NCBI GenBank assembly: GCA_965240325.2 | Contig: OZ251223.1 | Span: 62,001 to 126,000 of the forward strand | Source: Rebecca billardiae RCC1528 | Lineage: Eukaryota > Protista > Haptophyta | DNA length: 64,000 nucleotides | Direction of reading: 5' to 3' | In this document: positions 22,943-34,188 of the stretch, in pieces | Position numbering within the stretch: position 1 is the first letter of the stretch | Layout: every line of letters starts with the position of its first letter | The notes under the pieces: model-generated | Told to the model about the DNA's origin: nothing | What the model saw: the letters and a program-made list of their open reading frames with translations, nothing else | Database searches by the model: none | Program-made: the position numbers and the translations under genes

Positions 22943-24012
22943 CGTCGCGGCCAACCGCCGTCAAATCGCCAATTGTTTTTCCTACCACGGTGCTGAGTCG
23001 CTAATACTCGCGCACACAGTAGTGTACATACAGTCCTCTAGCTCATTGCCACAATGAATGCCCTTTGCTGCTGCGGCGCTGCGTGCCGCCATCTGCGGCA
23101 ACCTCGTGCCTGCTGCTTGGGGCGATATTCGCTGAGCTCTGGGCTCGGAGTCCTGCTGCTCCGGATTCTGCGGCTGGATTTGCACAGCGCTTGCGTCTCC
23201 AGTACATTGCGGACCCCTTGTGAGCTTCGCGCCAGACCCACCAAAACCAACTGCACAACAGGATTACCCTATGGAGAGCACACCTGCACATCACACCTTC
23301 TCCTGGCCGCCTAGGCTTGCATGACGGGCACCTGCGGCCCCAGCACTCTCCATTCGGTCGAGCTGCACTCATACATCATGACTTCAGCCGGGTGGGTGAC
23401 AATTGGAGGACTCCTCTGGGCAGCACGTGCAGCCGGCCAGCTCCGCCGTCTGAACGCGCAGACGCGCGCGTGGGCGCTCGAGCCTCGAGGGGTGCTCGTT
23501 CGGAGGCCCGTGTAACGCGATCACGCGCTATCCGCCGGCTCGTGCTGACGTGCAGTACCGACGCCTGCCCAAACAGGCACGCACGGACGTCTGCGGTGGC
23601 TACCGAGTAGTAGATGATGTCACCTGTGAGGAGCCTATATGACTCCTGGTGCCTGGTGGTCGAGAGTGTCGTCGTAAGCTGGCGCCTCACTCGCGTCGAC
23701 TCGTCGCGCCCGGCTATCTCTGCTCGCAATATATCGTCGCATCATCGTCCCTCGCTCGTCTGTCGAGTAGCTATAGTGTCGCCAGTCGTCGCGCCGCGAA
23801 CTACCGCCACCACGCCCCACCGCCTCACCGATCAGCCCGTGCCCGCCGGCGTGCGCGCGTGCCGCATGACGCGCGGTAGTCGGTCGACGCCGCCGCGTGC
23901 ATCGGCATCGCAGAAATGATCGCGCGCGTATCGTCAGCAGATCGATCTGGCAGAATAAATCTGATGACGAGCGTATAGTAGTCGCGAAGTATAGCAGTAG
24001 TATCTGCTACTA

Positions 24013-24054
<42 letters not shown>

Positions 24055-24629
24055 ATCGTTAGCAGTCGTCGTTCAGCCACTACTTGAGACTGATGATGAC
24101 TGTATGGATATCATCACGTAACACGCCGAGGCGGCACGCACGGCCGCGCCGAGGCAGGCTGGCCGATGAGAGGCGGCCGAGGCGCAGCACGGCGCAGCGG
24201 CAGCGCCGCCTCCAGCCGATGCATGCGCGGCGTCGCCGCATGCGCGGGGCAGCTTCGACCGGGCCGTTGGCGCCGCGATCGACGACCCCACAGGTGGCCG
24301 GGGTGTTTTGGGTGCTCGATGGGATGCAGGGCCGCTGGAACTCGGGACGTCCGCACCGCCGACCAAGTCGCCACGGGTGGATTGGGTGAGCTTGGCCTGT
24401 GTGTGCGTCGGTTGAGGATGCCGCAGAGAGCGTGTGCACCACAGCCTGGTGGCTGCGATGCCGAGCTGGGTGCGTATGATGGAAAGACAGACGATGAGTG
24501 TCGTGTGCAGTTGGTGAGCGGCGCGCGGTGCGCGCTGCTTGATGGATGATGCCCTTGGAACGCCGCCACGGGAGGCCGTGGCAGTCAAGCGGTGGCAGAG
24601 AGCAGCGGCGAGAGATCGTCGCCTCGCGC

Positions 24630-27600
24630 CTACACGGCCAGCGTGGGCGCCTCGTGTGCGGCGGCACGCGCCGACGCCAGGCGGCGGCGGGCGGCTGTGA
24701 GCATGGCGGCCGCCACCACAAGCATACCCACGCCCAGGAGCGCAGCGGCGGCGAGCTGCGAGTGCACGCCGCCGACGGCGCGCAGGGCACGCCGGGCGCC
24801 GTGGATGACGCCAAAGCCTTCGTCGCTGGTGAGGCACTCGCCGCCCGTGAGGCAGGGCGCGAGGAAGGTGTAGGCCTGGCGCACGCTGCTGATGCGGCGG
24901 TTGATCTTGTCGGCGACGTCGGTGGCGACGGCGCGGAAGGCGACGCCCTGCGGCGACGTCTGCGCGGCACGCCACCCGGTGGTGAGGGCACGCGGGCGGA
25001 GGGTGGGTGAGCGATCGCCGAGCGCACGGGCTGCTCGTGCGCTGCGCGCGGCGCCCCACGCGCTCGCGCGCCGCGTGCGCTGCGCGCACCGGGAAGAGCG
25101 CCGCGACCTTGGCCACCTGGCAGCGGTAGTTGCAGAAGACGTAGTCGATGCCCTCGTCGTACACTAGCGTGTCCTTGCCGTCGTGCCAGATGATGTCGTA
25201 GTTGCCGTCCTGCGTGTTGACGTAGTCGGCGCCGAGGCCGCCCGAGACGAAGTCGAAGCCCGAGCCGCCGTAGATCTTGTCGTCGCCCAGGCCGCCTGCG
25301 TGGCGCGCAGGCGCCGTCGTGCGCAGCGCGCGCGCGCGCGTGAGCGCGCGCGTGCGGTGCGGCGGCGCGCCAGCCGCGCGCGCTGCGGCGCGACCTGTGG
25401 CGAGGCGAGGCGCGGCGCGAGGTGCGGCGCGCATCGCGCCCCGCCGCGCGCACCAAAGAGGCGGCTGATGGCGCCACCGTCGTTGTCGTCGCCGCCGTAG
25501 AGCTTGTCAGCGCCAAGACCGCCGAAGAGCCAGTTGCGCGCCGCGCCGGCCGTGCCGCCCGCGTCGTTCCCGCCGTGGCCGCCGTGCAGCGTGTCGTCGC
25601 CGGCGCCGCCGAGGTGGACGTTGAGCGTGTTGCCGCCATAGCCGCCTCCTGCGCCCCGCGTGTAGCCCGCGCCAGCAGAGCCGCCACCGCCCGCGGCGAC
25701 TTCGTCGTCGCCGCGGCCGCCGACGACAATGTTCACGGCGTCGCCGCCGGTGGCACCACGCGCCGCGTCGCCACCCTTGCCGCCGCCGTAGAGGATGATG
25801 TCCTCCCCCGAGCCGCCGAAGAGGAAGTTGATGGCGTCGCCGCCAGTCGTGGCCCGCGTGCCGATGCCCCCGCTGGCATCTCCGCCGTTGCCGCCGTACT
25901 CGAAGATCGAGTCGTCGCCGGCGCCTCCGGTCACCAGGCTGATCGCCTTGCCGCCGTCGCCACCGTTGGAGCCGAGTCCGGCGATGCCGCCCGCGTAGCC
26001 AATGTCGTCGGCGCCGACGCCGCCGCTGATCAGGTTGATCGCCGTCCCGCCGACGCCGCCGGCGTAGCCGTTGCCAGCCCTGCCACCTTCGTAGATGAGC
26101 TTGTCGTCGCCGGTGTAGCCGCTGACCAGGTTGATCACCGTGCCACCGTTACCGCCTTCGTACCCGTAGCCGGCGATGCCGCCCGCGTACAGGACCTTGT
26201 CGTTGCCCCGGCCGCCCTGCACGACGTTGAGCACCGAGCCGCCGATGCCGCGGTTCTGGCCCCAGCCGCCGCTCCCGCCTTGGTAGAGGATGTTGTCGAT
26301 CTCGCTGCCGCCGTGGACGATGTTGATAACGTGGCCGCCGAAGGAGCGCGCATCATCGCCGTAGCCGCCGTAGCCGGCGGAGTCCAGGATCTCGTCCGCG
26401 CCGCTGCCGCCGTTGACCACGTTGAGGACGGAGCCGCCGATGCCCGTGTCCCAGCCACTGCCTGCTACACCGCCGCCGCCAGTGAGCACCTTGTCGTCGC
26501 CGTCGCCGCCGTTGACTACGTTGACGACGCTGCCGCCGACGCCAGTGGCCCAGCCGTCAACTCCACCGCCGCCGCCAGCGAACACGTCGTCGTCGCCGCC
26601 GCCGCCGTTGACCACGCTCACGACGCTGCCGCCGACGCCAGTGCCGTAGCCGTCGCCTCCCTTGCCGGCTGAATAGTGCCCCAGCACCTGGTCGTCGCCG
26701 GCGCCGGCATTGACCACGTTGGTGACGGAGCCGCCGATGCCAGTCTCCCAGCCGGCGCCCGCTCGGCCGCCTTTGTACAGCACCTCGTCGTCGCCGTCGC
26801 CGCCGTTGGCCACGTTGGTAGCGTCGCCGCCGATGCCGGTGTCGTAGCCATCGCCACCGGTGCCGCCCTTGTTGAGGATAACGTCGTCGCCGTCGCCGCC
26901 GTTGGCCACGTTGGTAGCGTCGCCGCCCCTACCGCGAGCCCAGCCAAGGCCCGCTAGCCCGCCTCGGCCGAGGAGTGCATCGTCGCCGTCGCCGCCATCG
27001 ATGACGTTGAGGACTGTGCCGCCGATGCCAGCCATGTACCCATCGCCAGCTCTGCCAGCTCGACTGGAGGAGGAGAGGAGCTGGTCGTCGCCGGCGCCGC
27101 CGCTGACCAGGTTGGTGGCGCTGCCGCCGACGCCGCGGTCCCAGCCGTCCCCGGCACGCAACCCGACATTCCCGCCGACGTCATCGTCACCGTCGCCTGC
27201 GCTGATCAGGTTGACTGCGCTGCCGCCCCGACCGAGAGTGAAGCCATCGCCAGCTCGAGCGCTGTTGCTTCCGAGTAAGATCGAATCATCGCCGTCGCCT
27301 CCGCTGATCAAATTGAGTGCGTCGCCCCCGGCACCGGTCGCCCAGCCGTCGCCCGCGCGACCACCGTTGCTGCGGCCGATGTCGTCTGCGCCAGAGCCGC
27401 CGGAGATGACGTTGATGACGCTGCCGCCCTTACCGACCGCATAGCCAGCGCCCGCCATGCCGCCTCTGTCGAGGAGTGTGTCGTCGCCGTCGCCTCCGCT
27501 GAGCACGTTGAGTGCGTCACCGCCGGCACCGGTCTCAAAGCCGTCGCCGGCAATACCGCCCTTGTAGCCGATGGCGTCGTCGCCGGGCCCGGCGTTGATC

Positions 27601-29850
27601 ACGTTGGTCACGCTGCCGCCCTTGCCGATCTGCTTGCCGGGTCCCGCCAGGCCGCCCTCCCTGAAGATTTCGTCGTCGCCAGCGCCGCCGTTGATAACGT
27701 TGACAACGTCGCCACCGATCCCACCGGCATAGGCGTCGCCCGCGCTGCCGCCGTCATACATGATAGTGTCGTCGTCGGGCCCGGCGTTGACCACGTTGGT
27801 CACGCTGCCGCCACGGCCGAGGTTTTGACCGCGGCCTCCATTGCCACCATAATTGAGGATTGTGTCCTCGCCGCTGCCGCCGTTGATCACGTTGAGCGCG
27901 TTGCCGCCGACACCGCCGTATTCGGCGTCGCCAGCCTCGCCGCCGTCGCTGCCGATTGTATCATCGCCGGCGCCGCCGTTGACCACAAGGACCAAGTCGC
28001 CGCCCCGGCCAATGTTCGAGCCGTCGCCGGCGTCGCCGCCCGCGTCTACGAGCCTGTCGTTGCCGGCGCCACCGTTGACCACGTTGATGGCGTCGCCGCC
28101 CCGGCCAATGAAGGAGCCTTTGCCGGCGCGAAAGCCGCGGACGCCGATTTCGTCGTCGCCCGTGAGCCCGTTGACGAGATTGATGGCGTTGCCGCCGACG
28201 CCAACATTGGAGCCGTCGCCGGCATCGCCTCCATCATACAAGACAGTGTCGCCGCCGGTGCCGCTGTCGATCACGTTGAGCACGTTGCCGCCGACTCCGA
28301 CGTTCGCGCCGTCGCCCGCGTGGCCGCTCTCCTTGTTGATCTGGTCGTAGCCATCGCCGCCGAGCACAACGTTGCGCACGTGGCCACCGCGCCCAAAGTT
28401 CGCGCGCTGCCGGCGTTTCCACCGTCCTCGTTGATGTTGTCGTCCCCGAGGCCTCCGATCACAACGTTGGTCGCGTCGCCGCCGACCCCGAGCGCCTTGC
28501 CGGCGCCGGCGTCGCCTCCTTTGTAGTTGATGCTGTCGTCACCCGCGCCGCCGAGCACGACGTTCAGCACGCTGCCGCCCGCGTTGCCAACATTCTCGCC
28601 ATCGCCGGCGCCGGCGCCGTCGTAGTTGATCCGGTCATTGCCGTCGCCGCCGGAGATGATGTTGAGCGCGTTGCCGCCGGTGCCGAGGGAGGACGCGTCG
28701 CCCCCGTCGCCACCGAAGGTGTTGATGTCGTCGTCACCCTGGCCGCCGGAGAGGATGTTGAGCACGCTGCCGCCCGTGCCGCCCTGCACACCGTCGCCCG
28801 CCTCCCCGCCACCGTAGCTGAGGTAGTCGGATCCGGCGCCGCCGGCCACGATGTTCACGGCGCTGCCGCCGACAGAGTTCCACGTGGCGTCGCCTGCATC
28901 GCCACCGTCGTCGTTGAGGTCGTCGTCGCCCTGCCGGCCGAGAAGCACGTTGAGCACGTCGCCACCGCGGCCGTGGAGCTGCGCGTCGCCGGCGTCGCCA
29001 CCATCATCGTAGTTGACTTTGTCGTCGCCTCGCCCTCCGAAGAGGATGTTGACCGCGTCGCCGCCCGTGCCGCCGATGCCGACGCCAGCGGAGCCGCCAC
29101 CGTCGTAGTTGATTTTGTCGTCGCCAGACTGGCCGCGCGCGACGTTCAGCACGCTGCCGCCCGTGCCGAGCAAGAAGCCGGCGCCCGCCGACGAGGCGCC
29201 ATCGTCGTTGATCACGTCGTCGCCACCGCCGCCGTACACGGCGTTCACCACGTCCAGGCCGTCGCCGTAGAAGGCGGCAGTGCCGGCGCTGCCGCCGTCA
29301 AGCGTGTCGTCGCCCTTGTCGCCGCCAACGTAGTGGTAGCGGATGGCCTTGTACCCGTCGAGCGCGGTTGGCAGCAAGGCGGGCCTGGCGTCTGGCGCGG
29401 CCAGGTCATCCGCCCCCCCCTTGCCAATGTACGTCCCGAGCCGACGCTGGTTCCTGTCGGAGCGCGCGCGCGCGCGCCACGGCGGCGGGTCGAGGGGGCG
29501 GCTGTCAGTACCCTCGCCGCGGCGGGTCTCGCGAGAGCGTCGGCCCCCGCGCTCTGACCGCACGCGGCGCGCGCAGTGACGCATAGCCACGCCTCGTCAG
29601 CCATGGGCCTGGCCAGACATGCGCTCCTCATCAGCACGGCGATGGTGCCGCATCGACACGCCCCACTTGCCCCGGGCCGCGCGCACATGCGCGCCCATCC
29701 CGACGATGCGCGCGCGCACTTGGAAATTGGGATCTTGTCTGCGGCTGCTGGGCCACCGTGAGTGGCCGCTGGACCCGCCGCCTGGGCAGGCGCGAGTCCC
29801 GCCACAGCTGCGATGCACAGCCACGTCGCGGCCGCGCGCGCCGGGGGCAT
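24630..29850 (-). CDS. Giant RTX-like (hemolysin-type Ca-binding) Gly-rich repeat type-I membrane protein; introns 29454-29719, 25296-25453 and 24960-25089; apparent frameshift at about 28403
   Basis: Signal peptide MPPARAAATWLCIAAVAGLAPAQA. Roughly 39 repeats of about 32 aa, each containing GGxGDDx(I/L/V). All three introns are GTGCGC...AG and restore frame. TM segment LAAAALLGVGMLVVAAAML is followed by TAARRR. Confidence 0.8.
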
Positions 29851-30899
29851 GGCTGCACCTGCGGGCGCCGTCAAGGGAACCTCTCTGCGCCCCTCTCTGC
29901 GGGCGGACCTTGTGCTGCCGCTCATCAGGCGCACTCGGTTTTTGCTCGGGTAGTTCTTGAGCGCCAACCGGCGCAGCCGCGATGAATACTACAAGCAACA
30001 CCGGCGCGGCACCGCCAAGCAAGGGGAACCCCCTTGCGCCAAGGGCCGCACCGCGGTCAGACGGCAAGGGCCGTAGTCGTAGTACTAGTACGACGAACAA
30101 ACTACTTGATGATTGGGTAAAGTACTTTATGTGCCTCTTCGCGCCCAACCGCAAGTAGGCGGCGATCATAATATTCTGGTGAACACAGCTTTAAACAATT
30201 TTAATTCGTGAGAAAGCCCTGGGAGACCCAGCTCCGACCCCCTTTAATTGGTGTGACGTACTGCTGTCCCAAGTAATACCTGAGTAGGAATACGAAGAAT
30301 GCGGCCTCAAACGTTTTTTGATTAGGCACGCCTCGGGAATCGAGAACGCATGTCGTTACCTTTTTGAGCGCGCGCCATAGGGATGTCGTTGCGATTCCCA
30401 CCTATTTGTTGACGCTTTTCTACGACCATCCGCTCCCCAAGCATAAAGTCGAGGAACCGCGACGCACGAGTGCGTTCGCCGCCGCGCCGCGTGCGCTCGG
30501 CACACACGATTGAGTATGACGGACGAGCGCGCGCTGCTGCAGGAGGCGAACAAGGCCGCGCGCGACACGCAGATAGCGCTCAGCCGGCGTGGCTCGACGA
30601 CGCTGCCGGGCACTCGCGCTCGCACACATGCGCGCGACGAGGATCAGCTGTCCGCGGGCCTCCGCCGAACCCAGCGCCAGAATCCCAGATGCCATCGTCG
30701 GCGTCGCGAGGAACTGCGCCAATCTGGCGGAGATCCAGCGGCACGTGGCGGCGATCAAGCAGCCGCAACCGCATCAGATGACGTGCACGAACGGGCTCAT
30801 GGAGAAGCTCGTACCACAAGCCTACCATAAGCCACCCGCTCGCCGACTTGCCCGACTACTACAGGCAATCGCGGGCAATAAGAAGTCAGAGATCTCACG

Positions 30900-31340
30900 G
30901 CTAGCCTCGGTTTCTTAGCCGTTCGGTAGCCCGAGCGCCTACGGAGTCTCAGTTTCTTAGCTAGGTCCGCCCGCCGCGCAGGCGCGGGGGGCGCAGGGGG
31001 GCAGAGCCCCCCGCTGAGTCTTTAGGCCCGGCCGGCGAGGCCGACGAAAATTTTGGGCCTTTTTGGAGCAAATCTGGCATGATGTTGCATGGATGCTGCG
31101 GTGCACTGGCCAGGAGTCAGTCATCAGGAGAAGTCGGGACTTGGCCTGTACTCGTAGTCGGGCCGCGCGCCGCGTCCCCGACTGGCCGACTGCGCCTCGG
31201 CCTCGCCCCTCGGCGGACCACTCGTCAGCCGGGACGACGTAGTCCCTGTTTCTTAGTGTGACTATGCGTATAGCGAACCAGCCAATCGCTAGCCTCAGTT
31301 TCTAGGCCAGATCCGCAGATAGCAAGCCCCAGTTTCTTAA
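30900..31340 (+). repeat. Five dispersed (C)C(A/G/T)GTTTCT(T)A motifs plus a GGGGGCAGAGCCCCC hairpin; probable transposon-end remnant
   Basis: Motif at about 30906, 30947, 31245, 31294 and 31329; hairpin at about 30997-31011. Confidence 0.45.
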
Positions 31341-31986
31341 CGTGACAGCTCCTTATTGCCCGCGATTGCCTGTACTCGCCCTGGCTCGTCCGTCACCCGC
31401 TCCGCCCGCGGCTCGCGGCGCCATCGCGGAGGTGCGTGCCCGCCGGCGCGAGCTGCACAACACAACATGCACACCGACGCGAGCCGTTGTACCACGTCGT
31501 GCCCGACGGGCCGTGCTCAGCGACGGCTGCAGGAGTCTACGCTGGCCGGAAGTCGGTTGTGCCCTGCGGCCTGCCGGCCTGCGCCGCTCGCCCCGCTCCT
31601 GCAGTCGCCCCGCGCCTGCAGACCGGTGGGCCATCCGCGGTGCGTGCCGTTGCCGTGCCGTCGTGCCCGAGCGGCCGTGCGCAGCGACGACTGCATCGAC
31701 GCGCGCCTCGCCGTGCGCCTCACTGTGGGCCTTGCAGAAGTGCACAGAAGTGCCGCGCTGCCGCGCCTGGCTTAATCGCACGCGCGACGGTGGCGCGCCA
31801 CCGGATGATACCGTTCTACAGCGCTGAACTACGGCCAACTCGTCCCATCGTCGTCGGGTCTGCCGGCCATGGGAAGCTTCTCCGTCGCGTCCTAGACGCG
31901 CTGTGTTCGACCAGCCCCACCGGGACAAGGCCGCCAGGCCCCCGCTGTTTTCAGTCTCGTCACGGATCACTCATCAGCGCCAGAAT

Positions 31987-32688
31987 TGTGGCTGAGTCAG
32001 TTTAAAATCCCCTTTTTAGTGCAGGGGTCGCGATCCGAGTTAGCTAGCCTACCCGAAGCGCCTCGTCGAGAGGAGCACGTAGAGCCCAAGAACGTCGACG
32101 AAGGACCAAAATTGGGCGAGAAAATCCTTTTTTTGAATTTCTGAGAAGTGTGAGTCAGATTGGATCTGAGACTGCTGCCAGCCTGAGCCGCGCGCCGCAC
32201 GGCAGCGCGCGCGCTGGGCGCCGGGCGGCGGCCAGCGCGTCAAGAGGTCACGGCGCAGCTAGAGACGCATGTCGCTGCCGCACCCACTGGCGCAGCTTGC
32301 TCAGTGCATCCTGTCAGGCCTGTAGGCAGCGTGTCTGGCGCTTGTCGAGGCCGGCATCACTCCATGCCGCCATCCGACGTGAGCCGCTCCGTGCCGCGAG
32401 CCGAGCTGCTGCATGACTCAGCACCTCGTCCTTGAACATGCCGCATGTCGGCGGTGCTGCTCGCTACGATCACCTCCCTGCTGACTCATCGGCTGCGACC
32501 GAGCCCATCCAGTTGGCTCCGATCACCGCGGCTCGCCCAGGACGGCCGACCGCAGGCATGCTGGCAACCGCACGGGCGGCCCACTCTGAGCTTGCGGGTG
32601 AGTCAGCGGGTTTCGACTTTCTTTGACCGGGCTTTGCGCGGAAAAAGTTCCCCTTCGCCGAAGGGGAATTTAAACTGACTCAGCCACA
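31987..32688. mobile_element. MITE-like element with 28-bp terminal inverted repeats
   Basis: TGTGGCTGAGTCAGTTTAAAATCCCCTT at 31987-32014 versus AAGGGGAATTTAAACTGACTCAGCCACA at 32661-32688 (1 mismatch). No coding capacity and no clear TSD. Confidence 0.75.
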
Positions 32689-33718
32689 GATGACGACGAT
32701 TGCTCAACTACTCATCGAGGGCGATTACTATCATCATCATCACGACTCGAATAGTATCGTCGAATCTTGGGCCTTCGGGGACTTACCGTTTACTTACACG
32801 GCAAGCCGCCCCCATACTGACCACGCTCCTGCAGGCTGCAGGAGATGAGCGCTACTTTTTATCGACGCGCGCCCCCGACTACCGGCTGATGATGCAGTCG
32901 TATTATGGGGGCCGGTAGATTTATAGCTAACTGCATGCATGGCCAATAAAATAAGCAGCCCCTCGGGAGCGGGACGAGCACTCCATCGCCACGGACGGCC
33001 ACGCAGGAGGCTGGCTCTTCTCCACAGGGAAAACCCGCCGGTCTCCGCCGGCGGTGCAAGGGAGGTGGTGGCGCGCCTTCTGCTGCTCCCCCGCCGCCCG
33101 CCTAGCGCGCAGCGTGCACGCCGGCCTTGCCGGTGCGCCCGTCCGCCGCGCAGGGCTCGGACGCTGAGGCGCTGCAGGCGAACGACGAGCAGCAGCACTC
33201 TCGGAAGCGGAAGAAGAAGCCCCGGCGTGGGAAGCGCGGGCAACGGCGCGACGCCGAGGGCCGACGGATTCGTTCTCCATCGAGCCGTCGCTCCTCGACG
33301 CGCCGCGCCGTCAAGGAACGCCAGGCGCGCAAGGCGGCGCGCCTGGCACCGACCGCTGCACCCACGCCAGTCCCTGCTGCCCCCCTCTACGAGGACCGAG
33401 ACTCGCCCCCGGGCGACGACTTGGACGACAAGGAGCTGCCGCAGCAGCGTCAGATGAAGCGCACCCTGGACGACACCGCAGCGCCAGCCGCCGCCAGCCA
33501 GCCAGCTGGCTCGAGCGGCAAGCGCGTACGCGACCGCCCGGCGGGGTGGCAACGGGGGTGAGCACGGGGCCGTGATTGGCTTCGCGGACCAGCAGCTGCT
33601 GCTCGATACCAAGTACCGCAGCGGCTGAGACTGCCAGCTCGGACATCCGGTGACCTGCACCATCGCCCCCGCTCGGGGCACAGCAGGGCCATGCAAGCCG
33701 CGCAGCGTCAGGTGGATC

Positions 33719-33948
33719 GCGCGCTCCAGCAGCTCAAGGCCGCGCTCATGCAAGCAATCCGATCGCGGTGCAGGCTACTATGCTCTGCCCGACCAGTGAC
33801 GCCGACTTCGTGTCAACCGGATCGTCCGGCGGGCTAACTATATATATATACTAGAAACTGCCGCCGACCGGAATCAGCCGGGTGGATGCGGATGACTTAC
33901 AGCACGCGTCGTCCTACGACCGGTGTCGTTAAATCATATAGAATGAGT
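33719..33948 (+). repeat. Second copy of the dispersed repeat at 1459-1632, interrupted by a short TA tract
   Basis: Colinear shared blocks, as listed for 1459-1632. Confidence 0.7.
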
Positions 33949-34188
33949 CCGGTGGACCTTCGTCCCCTTTCCTGCGTGCTCAGCATTGCAGGCTATCGCT
34001 TGCGGCTATCTCCCTTGCTATCGCCTATCTCCCTGCTCGAGCTCGCGCCGCACGCCGGGCCGGTGCCGGCTGTGCACGACCCGCCGCTGCGACGATAAGG
34101 CGAGGGCGCGGAGGGCAGCGCTCCTCGGAGGCCGCTGCGCCGTGCGCCACGGGCTGCCGGCGCACGCGCGCGCCGCGCCGCCCACGGC

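Noticed and set aside
33127-33561. Basic, NLS-like ORF (RKRKKKPRRGKRG)
   Set aside because: No convincing ATG start, splice partner or domain. It may be a gene fragment but cannot be supported.
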